Shown here: in pieces, positions 40,193 through 53,720 of the stretch
Layout: every line of letters begins with the position of its first letter
Position numbering within the stretch: position 1 is the stretch's first letter
From: Octopus vulgaris
Taxonomy: Eukaryota
NCBI GenBank assembly: GCA_951406725.2
Contig: OX597823.1
Span: 15,686,001 to 15,750,000 of the forward strand
Reading direction: 5' to 3'
DNA length: 64,000 bases
Translations under genes and position numbers: made by a program
Notes under the pieces: generated by a model
Told to the model about the DNA's origin: nothing
What the model saw: the letters and a program-made list of their open reading frames with translations, nothing else
Databases searched by the model: none

Positions 40193-40275
40193 AAGCAAGC
40201 TACTTACTACACAGCCACTCTTATGCCTATATATATATATATTATTTATTTAAGATTACAATACATGTATTAAAG

Positions 40276-40328
40276 TGCTACTAATAGTTTCATATGTTGA
40301 GAGAACTGTAACATATTCTTCAGGTGCA
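40276..40328 (-). ncRNA. Hammerhead ribozyme motif (Penelope-like), imperfect stem I
   Basis: CUGAAGA-AUAUGUU..AACAUAU-GAAAC-UAUUA-GUA, with a perfect 7-bp stem II. Lies beside (TA)n. Confidence 0.6.
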
Positions 40329-40456
40329 AACCACTTATAATAACGAACTAAAGAAACTGAATAATAGAAGAAACGCAAAATAAACTGACCTTAAATAAAT
40401 AATATTTATCTCTCAACTGATGGAATCCTTTTTTTGTTTTTTTTCACGGATCAGTA

Positions 40457-40591
<135 letters not shown>

Positions 40592-41126
40592 CTTAGATGA
40601 TAATAACTAAGGAAATATATGTGTGGTTGCTTAAGTCTGTCTATTTATATTGTTTGTATATATGTATTTCTATTATTGATCCTGGACGAATTAAAAGCAA
40701 GGTGAAACCTGAACATATTTGAACTCAGAACATAGAAGAATGAGGAGTTTTTTTTTAATACCTGCCAATCTGTCAGCTTTATATACTGGATAAGAAGAAT
40801 ATCTATTTTTGGCATGCAACCAGAAATTAAGCTAGTGAGTATATATGCTTGAATCAATTCACCCAGTTCATCATTTCTTATTATATTGGCCCACACCTCG
40901 CTCCGGGGACAGGAGGTAATTTTGTTTATTAGATCATATTAAGTTTTAAATATATAAATTTTGACATTTTGTCATATTTTTGGTTCAAAGTTGAATTTCG
41001 TCTTGTTTTTGCGTTGATGAAAAATATTGCCACTGGTCAAAATATCTGTAAACCAGTTACAATTATGGCAGTTGACAGCATCATTACTCAATAATTTGTT
41101 TGGTTTGCTATGTCACATCATAATCA

Positions 41127-42915
41127 TCATTACTGTTTAACGTCCACCTTCCATGCTGGCATGGGTTGGATGGTTTGAGTGAGGACTGGCAAGCTGGAAG
41201 GCTGCACCAGGCTCCAATCTGATCTGGATGTCCTTCTGATCTGGACGCCAACCACTCCAAGAGTGTAGTGAGTGCTTCTTATGCACCACCGGCATGGGTG
41301 CCAGTCAGGTGACATTGGCATCGGTCATGCTTGAATGGAGCTTTTTACATGCCACTTGCTTCGGTGCCAGTCAGGCAGTTCTGGCATCAGCCATGACTAC
41401 GATTTCATTTGGCTCAACAGTTTTTCTGAAGCACAACATATTGTCCCTCAATTGAAGGTGTACTTTTAAATTGGCCAGTTATATGACACTGGCATCAGCC
41501 ACAGCTATGATCTCACTTGGCTTGCTGGGTCTTCTCAAGCACAACATATCACCAAAGGTCCTGGTCACTTGTTATTGCCTCTGTGAGGCCTAACGTTTGA
41601 AGGTCGTACTTCACCACCTCATCCCATGTATTCCTGGGTCTTACCTTTTCCACAGGTTCCACTGTTAGGGTGTGACACTTCTTCACACACCTGTCCTCAT
41701 CCATATTCAATACATGACCATAACAACACAGTCATCTCTCTTGCACACCACATCTGATGCTCCTTATGTCCAACTTTTCTCTCAGAGTGCTTATACTTTA
41801 TCATGTATGCACACTGATATTACACATCCAGCGGAGCATACTACTTTCATTTCTTTCAAGCCAATGCATGTCCCCAGCTGTCACAGCCCATGTTTCACTG
41901 TCGTGTAGCATGGCTGTTCATACAGTCATATAGTCTACCTTTCACTCTGAGTGAGAGGCCCTTTGTTACCAGCAGAGGTAGGAGCTCTCTGAACATTGCC
42001 CAAGCTATTCCTATTTTATCAGCTATGCTTTCAGAGCATCCACCCCCACTACTGACTCGGCCACTCAGGTAATGGAAGCTATCAACCACTAGTTTTCCCC
42101 CTGGCATGTGATGGAATCTGTTTTCTCTACATCTTTGGTGTTTATTGCCCCTATGCATCTGCCACACACAAAAACTATCTTTCCAGTTAACCATCCAGTT
42201 AACCTTCCTTTGATATTGTTGCACCTCTTATGTGCACATAGCTTATTCCAGGTACATCTTAGGGAGTTTCTACTTATGCCATCTCTACAGATCTAGCAGG
42301 GCTATCTACTTGAAGGGAGTTGTGATATTTCTGCCTTCCTACTTACTAAGACTTTGGTTTTTGCTAGTTTGACTTTAAGGTTCTTCGATTCTAAACTTTG
42401 ATTTCTCACCTGAAACCCCTTCTCTAGTTCTGGTAATGACTCAGCTATTATAGCAAGGTCATCAGCAAAGAGGGACTTCCAGGGGCAGTTTGTTTTGAAT
42501 TCCTCTGTTATTGCCTGGAGGACTATGATGAATAAGAGGGGGCTGAGGACTGATCCTTGATGGACCCTGCCTCTACTTGGAATTCTTCATTATACTCATT
42601 GCCAACCCTCACCTTGCTGACAGAATCCTTGTACATAGCTCATAGCTTGTACAGCTCTCACCAACTACTCATCTATCCCTAGTTTCCACATTGACTACCG
42701 GCTAAGAGATCGGGAAACTCTGTCAAAGGTTTTCTCCATGTCAACGAAAGCCAAGTACAGAGGTTTATCTTTGGCTAGGAATTTCTCCTGCAGCTGTCTT
42801 ACCAGAAATATCGCATCAGTGTTGCTTCTCCCTGGCACAAACTCAAACTACATCACATCTAAACTAACTCTTTCCCTAATTAGTTGGGCTATGACCCTCA
42901 TAATTAGTTTTGTCT
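41127..42915 (-). mobile_element. 5'-truncated RTE LINE pseudogene
   Basis: FADDL RT motif, IAWAMFRELLPLLVTKGLSLRVKGRLYD, and the RTE 3' UTR. Same family as 8245-10705. Confidence 0.9.
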
Positions 42916-43080
42916 TTTTATGTTATGAGTTCAAATTCCACTGTTGGTTTATTTTGCCTTCTATCTATCTGGGGCAAGTGTAAACTATTAGTCAGGTAGG
43001 AGAATGAATTCATTCAATTATTTGTTTTTTTATTATTTTTCTTTTGCCTTAGGCCAGTTACTCAGTTTCCATGGCATATA

Positions 43081-43298
43081 TGAAGGGGTGCTGAAAAGTT
43101 CCTGACTTTAAAGGTATCACGAAAGGCTTAGTTGGAGGCCCAACCTTCTGACTTCTTTTACAGGGCTTTGAAAAACTGAAGGACCACTGCAATAAGCATG
43201 TGAATCTGAGAAGGAATATTTTGAATAAAATCATAATTAACTGATCCTCCTGTATTTTATCTTTTACCCAAAGCCAGGAACTTTTTCAGCACCCCTTG
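43081..43298. mobile_element. Mariner-derived MITE
   Basis: TIR (T)GAAGGGGTGCTGAAAAGTTCCTG / CAGGAACTTTTTCAGCACCCCTTG, with TA on both sides. Confidence 0.85.
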
Positions 43299-43844
43299 TA
43301 AATTCCAAGATCACAAGATCCCTCTGAATGAGATGCTAACCCATTGCAGGGTCAAGATTAGTAATTTTTAGAGGAAAGGACAAATTGATTACATTGATCT
43401 AAGTACTTGACTGGTACTTTATTTCATTGAGCTTGAAAAGATGAAAAGCAAAGTTGACTTTGGTGGAATTTGATCTCAGAACATAAAGAGCTGTGTGAAA
43501 TGTTGCTTAGCATTTTGTGTAACATGCTAACAATCCTGCCAGCTCATTGCTTTTCATTCAACTTTACTAACTTCTTTAACAATTTCTAGATATGTACCAA
43601 CAAGAGAAATTCTTAACCCACACTTAAGTTTGGTGGAGTGACAGATAAAGTTCCTGAGTTTAGCTTCATCATTTTTCGATATTATGTGTTCAGATGTGCT
43701 GAGGTTTCACTTTGTCTTTCATTTTTCAATGATCAATCAAAGAAATACAAGTAATTTATAGCAATTAGTTTAATTAGCTGAAGCTTTTATCAATGTGTAA
43801 CACCCTTGTACCAAAGTAAGAAATCATTATTATTATTATTATCA

Positions 43845-44400
43845 TTGAGTGAGAGAGCAGTGCATGCTATCAAAGTGACACTGGGGTAAAATATACAAAG
43901 CCTAGTATACCCATCATGACTACCCGTCTGATAAGGGTACACCAGACACATGCATCACAACCATATGTGTGCAACATGGTGATCTCATATCAAGATAAAC
44001 AGCACATGACTTTGCAGGTGGGCCCAGTTAGAATTTTCTTCTGGTCGAGTAGCCCATCCCACTCAAAAGGTCCCTGAATAAGGGTTGTTAAGGACGTTGA
44101 GCGAACCACCCATGTTTCCAAAGGTGAATTATCCAAACCTCTAAGGATTCCTTTCAACACATGGCTATGATGCTCCCCACTACTTTTGCTTGTGATCATA
44201 GATGCACATATTGTCAGCCACTAAGGGACATGCTCAACTGGTTAAGGTCAAACAACTGACAAGCAAATCTGTGATATTGAGCAGAATATTTGCTGTAGCC
44301 CATCTTTTATACCAAGACAAAACAATGTACATGATAACACTTCCAATCAGTTAAGATCAGAAGTCATGAGAGCCACTGTCTGGTACTGCATCAGGGCATT
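43845..44400 (-). mobile_element. Unclassified non-LTR/SINE-like repeat with (ATA)n tail
   Basis: Matches 16303-16780. Confidence 0.7.
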
Positions 44401-44405
44401 TATTA

Positions 44406-44460
<55 letters not shown>

Positions 44461-44461
44461 G

Positions 44462-44895
44462 ATAGTGAGCTGGCAGAATCGTTAGCATGCCAGGCAAAAT
44501 GCTTAGTGGCATTTTGTCTATCTTCACGTTCTGAGTTCAAATTCCACTGGGGTTGACTTTGCCTTTCATCCTTTCAGGATCGATAAATTAAGTACCAGTT
44601 ATCTACTGGAGTCGATGTCGCCGACAGAATCCCTTGCCTCAAATTTGAGGCCTTGTGCTTCCAGTGGAAAAAATTATTATTATTATTATTATTATTATTA
44701 AGGTGGCGAGCTGGCGGAATTATTAGCAAGCTGGATAAAATGCTAAGCATTGTTGCTACATTCTGAGTTCAGATTCTGCTGAGGTCAACTTTGCCTTTCG
44801 TCCTTTCAGGATTGATTAAATAAGTACCAGCCATGCACTGGGGTCAATGTAACCGAATTACCCCCCCCCTCCACAAGCTGCCCTTGTGGCAAAAA
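44462..44895 (+). mobile_element. Two tandem Meta-domain SINEs separated by (TTA)n
   Basis: Each has GAGCTGGC..GAGTTCA(A/G)ATT..GACTTTGCCTTTC..TAAGTACCAG. Confidence 0.8.
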
Positions 44896-45049
44896 TTACC
44901 ATCATCATCATCATCAAATACATAAGGATGAGTAGGGTGGCAGAAATTGTTTTGTCTTCTTATGTTCAGTGTTCAAATCCTATTTGGGATTGACTTTAAG
45001 TTCAGTCTTTTGAGGGCTAGTTTTATCAATTACATTCTCTGTCTGTCTT

Positions 45050-45530
45050 TCTCCCTCTCACACGCATACTCTCCCTCTCCTGCACACACACCCACACACT
45101 CACATGCGCATGTACATGCACACACACACACATGCACACACTTATGTTCCAACCAACACACTCATGCATGCACTCTCTCTCTGCACACACACACACATAC
45201 GCACTATCATGTTCAGACACACTCTCATGCATGCACACATTCACTCTCTCTTACTCTCTCTGCATGCACACACACACACACTATCATGTTCAGACACACT
45301 CTCATGCACACACACATACACACACACTCTCTCTCTCTGCATGCACACACACACACACACACACACACACGCGCACACACACACACACACACACACTATC
45401 ATGTTCAGACACACTCTCATGCACACACACACACTCTCTCTCTCTCTCTCTGCATGCACACATACACGCTATCATGTTCAGATGCACTCTCATGCACGCA
45501 TGCTTGCACTCTCTCTCTCTCTCTCTCATA
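45050..45530 (+). repeat. Compound (CA)/(CT) tandem repeat with a recurring CTATCATGTTCAGA(C/T)(A/G)CACTCTCATGCA unit (4 copies)
   Basis: Seen directly in the sequence. Confidence 0.85.
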
Positions 45531-45611
45531 TATTTATAGTCTTGTTGTACCGGTTGCAAAAACCTTGATATCCAGGGAGGGGCTCTGACAATAAAACTTT
45601 ACACTACTTAA

Positions 45612-45831
45612 CCCTTTCGATACTGTATTCATTTTGAGATGCTCTGTGTTCCTTTCAATTATTTTAAATATAACAAAGAATTTAGTAAAATAACTTAGCA
45701 ATCATTAAGCTGGTGTTAGGAACATAAATTGTGACTAAGGTTTGGTGGGAGATTTTAATTCAAAACTTATGAAAACAAGACATTTGTATTCAGAGCCAGA
45801 GCCGGTTTCAGCCGGGTTGGTAATGAAAGGG
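45612..45831. mobile_element. piggyBac-type MITE (220 bp)
   Basis: TTAA|CCCTTTCGATAC ... GTAATGAAAGGG|TTAA. Confidence 0.85.
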
Positions 45832-48049
45832 TTAAGAGACATCCCTTTTGAAGCTGAATTCAAATTTTGCCGATGTCAACTTTGCTTTCCATTCTCCAAC
45901 AGACTGACAATATAAAGTTCAATTGAAGCACTGAGCTTGGACTCATTGTCTGTCTCCCTCCTCTGAATTCTTGGCCTTGAGTTTATACAAGCTATAAATA
46001 TCTATCTTAGTACATAAAATGAATAAATGAGACCGGCTGATTTGTCTCTGAGAATTATGAGAACAATCAATTAACAAATCAATCACCTCCAACAACCTGT
46101 GGATACTGCTACAGTAAAAAAAAAAAAAAAAATAAAGAAAGAAGAAAATAAAGAAATAGAGAAATAAACAACAACAATAAAAGAAAAATATTGATTTCTA
46201 TCATTTAGTCACACAGTCCTATTTTTTTTTTTTTCTAAACGCTGTGGATGGCATAATAGTTAATTGATCGGACTCAAGTAGATTATTGATTTCCATTGAT
46301 ATTAGTCACTATGCTGAATTTTGCAGTGTAAAGCATAATAAGACTGATAGTACTGACATTTGCTCTTCCAATCAATAAATAGTACTTATTTTACAGACAT
46401 ACACTGGCCCCCAGAAAGGGAACTGAAAATTAAAATCAACTCCAGTGGCACTTGAACGCAGAGGCAGGAATAAATATTGTAAAACCTTTATAACTTGACC
46501 CTGTTTCACCTTTATATTGTTTCTGCATTTTTTCACAATTAGCCATCGATATCTTAGCTCCCATCCCATCATGAAGGACCACTCAACCGATTTGTATGAT
46601 GTCCCACAACAACACATTCTAATCACTGGCCCTCTGACACACTGCTCCCTTCTCTTCATTCTTCCTCTTCTGTTGTTACTCCTTTGACCTGATTGGTTGA
46701 TTTTTGTCCTATCCCTTACAAGTCCTCCCTGATTCACTCATCTCTCCTATGGTTTTCTCATACTGTCTCCACCCTACCACAATCCCCAGGTTCCACGCTA
46801 AAAACTACTCTTAGAATCAGAATGTCAGCATTCTGGTACTGCTTCCTTGTCCATATTTTTCTCAATCAATTCTGCCTGACCCATGCAAGGATGGAAAAGT
46901 GGACAGTAAAACGATGGTGTTGATGATGATGACAATGTCACTTGTGAAAGATTGCAGTGGATGAAGAAATGTCAAACAACCTAGGTGAAATGAACACGCC
47001 GAAGAGAAAGAAGCGATGATGTTTGATCAGAGGATGCTGGATTGAAATGAATGAGATGATGAAGGACTGTGACAACTGGTGAAACTGTCCACTTTTCCAT
47101 GCTTCCATGAGTCGGACAGAATTAATTGAGATGGATTTTCTACAGCTGGATGCCCTTCCTGTCGCTGACACTCGCATACAGAGATATGTAGCCTTCAACT
47201 CTGCTGCTGGACCAAACCTATTCAACACATGCTTGCATGAAAAGTAAAAAAAAAAACAAAAACAAAACAAGCATAAAAATTATGATAGAGATTAAAATTT
47301 TAGCAGTTAATTCAAGCAGCCAGCAGTTATTAATGGTATCACGATTGCTGTTAACCCTTTTGTGATCATATATTTACCATTGTAAACAGTATAAAGTTTT
47401 AAACAAAATGTTACACAAGGTCAATATTTCCTTTTTAAATTACATTTCTTTGTTGAATAACATGTACCATTGACATGTTCACATATCCAAATTTATTCAT
47501 TAATTCACTTGTACCAATCCCTGTTCTCATTTCTTACCCATTGAGTCATAGAGATAAAGAACTTGTCTTTGGCTGTTGAAGATTTTGACAACAGCAATCA
47601 TTATCGTCATTGTTTTGGTAACCACTTTTTCGTGCTTACATGGAATTTATTGAAGCAGATTTTCTATGGCTGGATACCCTTCTTGTTGCTAACTCTCGCC
47701 TGTTTTCCCATGGCCAGACATATTTTCATAGTTATATTGCAAATGAATGACACTGCTTGTATAACAGTGACACTCGTTTACGACTATCACATGATGTCAT
47801 GAAAGAAACATGTCCCCACCTCATACACATGATAGCCTTCTTTTAGTCTCTATTACAAAGCATTGGTTGGCTAGTGTCCAAAGTAGAAAATACTTGCTCA
47901 AGGTGCCATGTAGATTGAACCCAAAAGCAAGTGGTTCAGAAACAAACTTCAAAACCACACAGCCACACTTATGCTAAACATTTAGGCTGTCAATTTAAAA
48001 ATTCATTAAGGCAACTAAATCTCAACATTTATAGTAATAGTGAACACAT

Positions 48050-48495
48050 AGGTGTAGGAGTGGGTGTGTGGTAAGTGGCTTGCTTACGAACCACATGGTT
48101 CCAGGTTCAGTTCCACTGTGTGGAACCTTGGGCAAGTGTCTTCTACTATAGCCTCGGGCCGTCCAAAGCCTTGTGAATGGATTTGGTAGATGGAAACTGG
48201 AAGAAGCCCATCGTATATATGTGTGTGTGTATATATTATATATATATATATAACACAAAGTAAGTTAGGGGTTATGAGTGCAACCCACTATATATATATG
48301 TGTGTGTGTGTTTGTGTGTCTGTGTTTGTCCCTCCACCATCACTTGACAACCGATGCTGGTGTGTTTACATCCCTGTAACTTAGCAGTTTGGCAAAAGAG
48401 ACGGATAGAATAAGTCCTGGAGTCAAATTATTTGACTAAAAGTAGTGCTCCAGCATGGCTGCAGTCAAATTACTGACACAAATGAGAGTAAGAAT
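48050..48495 (+). mobile_element. tRNA-derived SINE (same family as 60884-61296)
   Basis: Head GGTGTAGGAGTGG..GGTTCAGTTCC, internal microsatellite, 3' domain GCTCCAGCATGGC. Confidence 0.8.
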
Positions 48496-48759
48496 ATCTA
48501 AAAACCTCAGACATATTCACATCTATTCTGACATTTTGCTATTTAAATTTATCTTTTATTTTCCCATTATTTTTATGCTTATTTTCCAAGTCTGACAATA
48601 ACTTTATTATTTCAGTCATATTATCTCATTTATGACAAAACCTAAGTTTCAAAATTTTATTTGCTGTTTTGATATTTTTTAAACCATTCTTTAAAAATAT
48701 TATTTCTGTTTTTTCATTGGAATTTTTTTATTTACTTTGAATTCTGTTTAGGTTGCCCT

Positions 48760-49680
48760 ATGAGGTGACAAACTATCAGGTGGTAGCCATAAGGCGGTAG
48801 CTCCAAGGTGGTAGCTATAAGGCAGTAACTATAAGGTGGTAGCTATAAGGTGACAAGCTATAAGGTGGTAGCTATAAGGTGGTAGCTATAAGGTAGTAGC
48901 TATAAGGTGGTAGATATAAGGTGGTAGCTATAAGGCGGTAGCTATAAGGTGATAGCTATAAGGTGGTAGCTATAATGTGACAAGCTATAAGGTGATAGCT
49001 ATAAGGTAATAGCTATAAGGTAGTAGCTATAATGTGACAAGCTATAAGGTGGTAGCAATAAGGTGGTAGCTATAAGGTGGTAGCTGTAAGGCGGTAGCTA
49101 TAAGGTGGTAGCTATTAGGTGGTAGCTACAAGGTATTTGCTATAAGGTGACAAGCTATATGGTGGTAGCTATAAGGCGGTAGCTATAAGGTAGCAAGCTA
49201 TAAGGCAGTAACTATAAAGCGGTAGCTATAAGGTAGTAGCTATAAGGTGGTAGCTATAAAGCAGAAGCTATAAGGCAGTGGCTATAAGGCAGTAGCTATA
49301 AGGTGGTAGCTATAAGGTGAAAAGCTATAAGGTGGTAGCTATAAGGCAGTAGCTACAAGGCAGTAGCTACAAGGTAATAGCTATAAGGTGACAAACTATA
49401 AGGTGGTAGCTATAGGGCGGTAGCTATAAGGTGGTAACTACAAGGTAGTAACTATAAGGTGGTAGCTATAAGGTGGTAGCTATAAGGTGACAAACTATAA
49501 GGTGGTAGCTATAAGGTGGTAACTGTAAGGTGGTAGTTATAAGGTGATAGCTATTTGGTGGTAGCTATAAGGTGGTAGCTATAAGGCAGTAGCTATAAGG
49601 TGGTAGCTATTTAGTGGTAGTTATTTGGTGGTAGCTATAAGGTGGTTGCTGTAAGGTGGTTGCTATAAGGTGGCAAGCTA
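48760..49680 (+). repeat. 14-bp minisatellite (GCTATAAGGTGGTA)n, ~65 copies
   Basis: Seen directly. It runs into a Meta-domain SINE at ~49664-49870. Confidence 0.95.
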
Positions 49681-50359
49681 TACTGGGCAAAATACTTTGC
49701 AACATTTCTTTTGCCTTTACATTCTGAGTTCAAATTCCACCAAGGTTGACTTTGCCTTTCATCCTTTCTGGGTAAGTAAAATAAGTCCTAGTTGAGCACT
49801 GGGATGATGTAATTGGCTTACCCAACTCCTTCTCGAAATTGCTGGCCTCGTGTCAAAATTTGAAACCATTATTGCAACCGATAAGAGTGTTAAACTGGTA
49901 GAATCATGAGAGTGTTGGAAAAATTTCCAGATGGTACCTGTTCTGGTTTTTTACATTCTGAGTTCAAACCTTTCCAAGGTGAACATTACCGTTCATCCTT
50001 TTGTGATTAATAGAACTGAGTACTAATCGAATCCTGGGGATCAATGGTATTGACCCACTCATTGTCATCAAAATTGCTTCTGGCCTAAATTAGAAACAGT
50101 TATTACAATCTTCTAAGGTTTACCTGTTAACTCTTAAGACAGTTCTGTTTTTTCTTCCTTTCTTTCTTTAATAGCCTATTAAATTTTTCAGTTCAATGAA
50201 ATAAAAATTACGTAAATAAATGAATACAGTACAATTTAGGTTTCTTACTGGTTGGCTAAATGAGAAAGCCATTTATCTAGGCTAACTAGTCATTATTCTC
50301 CGGTAGTTAAACTGACCACTTCACAGAAGCATTAACATTTATTTCATACCTATGTGTAT

Positions 50360-50407
<48 letters not shown>

Positions 50408-50869
50408 GCGTGTTGTATGTGGGGGGAGGGAGGGGGAAAAGAGTATTATGTGCATAGGCGTGAGTGTATGAGTACAATACTATCTTCCCTGACTCAACTG
50501 CTAATTTTTCCTTCTCTTTCTAATCACGTACATTCAATCATACATACATACATACATACATACATACATACATACATACATACGTACATACATACATACA
50601 TACATACATACATACATACATACATACATACATACATACATAATATGGGTGGCTAATTTGCAATTTTACAACTTAAAGGCAGAAATATATTTGTCACCAA
50701 AGTGGCAAGGGGTACTAATCAGTACTAGTATTGCTAGAAATAAGAGTCAAATCAACTGTGGGTATTGAGTTGTTTTGACTCTTATTTCTAGTGATACTGG
50801 TGCTGATTACAGCTTTTTATCACTTTAGTGATGTGTGTGTATGTGTATATATATATATATATATATATT

Positions 50870-51385
50870 ATGTGAAATAGAAAGATGAATAATCTTGTAG
50901 CAGATTAATCAAAAGTTTAACCGATACCTTGGTAGCAAAAATCACAGCAGAAAACAGCACGGTTGGAGGTACAACCATATGGTGTTGCAACCGTGCGTTG
51001 GTGCGGATAATTGAAATTAAAATATTATTGGTGAATTGAAGAAATGGAGCTGAACGAAGATTGAACAGAAAACGTTTTATTTCATTCTACACGTGTTTCG
51101 AAAGGCACAATTTACCAAAATCCGATTGAATAATGAGACCATATTGTGTCTTTCTCTTCAGGAAGAAATAGGAAATCCGTTGGAAAAAACAAAAACAGAA
51201 CAGAGGCGGAGCAAAACAAATAACTATATATAGCCCATAAAACTCCATGGGCTCTTAGGAGCTTAGTTCGATTTGTTTTGCTCCGCCTCTGTTCTGTTTT
51301 TGTTTTTTCCAACGGATTTCCTATATGGTCTCATTATTCATTTTGGTATTGTGCCTTTCGAAACACGTATAAATATAATCTTCGT
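50870..51385. mobile_element. Penelope-like pseudo-LTR with inverted partial copy, between (TA)n tracts
   Basis: Arms ~51085-51219 and 51275-51369. The left arm has an intact hammerhead on the minus strand. Confidence 0.75.
51078..51170 (-). ncRNA. Type-I hammerhead ribozyme (Penelope-like, palindromic stem III)
   Basis: UAUUUCUUC-CUGAAGA-GAAAGACACAAU...AUUGUGCCUUUC-GAAAC-ACGU-GUA/GAAUGAAAUA. All core nucleotides are canonical. Predicted cut between 51088 and 51087. Confidence 0.85.
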
Positions 51386-51386
51386 A

Positions 51387-52180
<794 letters not shown>

Positions 52181-52214
52181 TATATATATATACACACACA
52201 CATATGTACATATA

Positions 52215-52247
<33 letters not shown>

Positions 52248-52485
52248 AATTATTCTATACAGTGCTCAGGTGCACCACAACTTGTCAGAAAGTGCGTATA
52301 GAGTGTATGCAGTAATGTACAAATGTCTGGAAAGCGAGCAATGTATGAGTCAGATACATGCTTGCGTGTGTATGGAGGGGGGAAAATCAGGTGTAGTGTT
52401 GGCGAATCTCAGAAAGCATGGAAGTTTTGAAGGATGCAGTGCTCCGACAACTAACAACTGATGCCGGCAGTTTGTTCCATGCTCC
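52215..52485 (-). mobile_element. CR1/L2-like LINE 3' end with (TTA)n tail (further copy at 56670-56865)
   Basis: AWNKLPASVVSCRSTASFKTSM. Duplicated sequence at 56670-56865. Confidence 0.75.
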
Positions 52486-52814
52486 AAAAGTAGGTTTACA
52501 GGCACTTTAAATTTCTTTTAAAATATTTTATCGCAATAAAATTTCTATCTTGCAAACTGAAAAGGGAGCTTGACAAAATTAACTAAATTAGCATAGAATA
52601 ATGGTTTCATATTCTTTTGTAATTAAGATCTAAATTGTTAATATATAAGTGCGAAAGAGATAATTGAATAACTGTAAGCCTACTTTTGGGCCACCCTGTA
52701 TATATGTTGTGCTCGAGAAAACCTGTCAAGCCAAGTGAAACTGTAGTCGTGACCGATTCCGGTGTCATGTAACTGGCACCTGTACTGTTGGCATGGAATC
52801 CCACTTATTGTTCT

Positions 52815-53119
52815 AGTGAAGTTGAACATTTTATCTAGCTACCACAGACCCCAGATCACAATATTATTGAACATCTATGGTGTATTTTAGAAAAACAAGT
52901 AAGGAGGTGATATCCTCCACCATCGTCACTACAAGAGCTGGAGACTGTTTTAGCTGAAGAATGGACAAAAATTCCTTTGGAAACAATTCAAATTTTGTAT
53001 GAGTCCATACCTTGTAGAATTCAAGCTGTGATTATTGCCAAAGCAGTCCTATCCTACCCCATATTGAAATAAATTTATTTGAAATTTTAAGGTGTTTCCA
53101 TTATTTTGTCCAACCCCTG
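52815..53119 (+). mobile_element. Tc1-like transposon 3' fragment
   Basis: PQTPDHNIIEHLW..ELETVLAEEWTKIPLETIQ..RIQAVI. Right TIR ...TTGTCCAACCCCTG|TA. Confidence 0.8.
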
Positions 53120-53139
53120 TATATAGATACATACAAGCA

Positions 53140-53720
53140 GTTTTATGACTTTCCCAGGAGGAACATTTATTAATTTGAAAGAAATACAAAAGCGTAGTCT
53201 CCTTCACTTGATGTCCATCTCTGTTAAGTAGTTGGTTACCAGGATGGAATTGTGTACTGATGTATTGTCCAGTGCAGTTGTCACTGACCCGAGTGACTCT
53301 TTTGTAATGAAATCTCTTCCTGAACCCCCTCAAAACCTCTACAAAGTACTCTTTGTTGACTGTTTGGCTGGCCAAAAGGAACTCAGGAGATGTACATGAT
53401 GCTATTGCTGTTGAAAAAGGGAATTGCCATGGGCTTCCCAGTGGACTTACTATCCTGGCCTCTTGTGCCAGTGAAAATCAAATGTTCAGCTCCTATATAC
53501 GTTAGTCCATAAGCAGTGTTCAGCATTTCATAAGTCACTGTGGCAATTTTTCTCAGTTTTAACACAAAACCCGATTGTATAGCAAACTTCCAATTTTTTT
53601 TACACATCCTGACTGCATTCCACAAACTAGTCAGCTGTGACAAGCAATGTTTAGAAGGCTGTGCTGAAATTGCTGTTACAACTTTCTCTTTCAATCTGGA
53701 ATAATAAAAGTTGCATATAA
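53140..53720 (-). mobile_element. Degraded mariner transposase fragments
   Basis: FVLKLRKIATVTYEMLNTAYG (HTH region) and QTVNKEYFVEVLR. Confidence 0.7.

Larger units (their letters stand above)
38340..40227 (-). mobile_element. tRNA-derived SINE interrupted in its head by the 38731-40192 element
   Basis: Body at 38340-38730. Head remainder AAGCAAGCTACTTACTACACAGCCACTCTTATGCC at 40193-40227. Confidence 0.88.

Noticed and set aside
44335-44365. Faint U2 snRNA resemblance (ATCAGTTAAGATCAG)
   Set aside because: Too short, antisense to the element, and no other U2 features.
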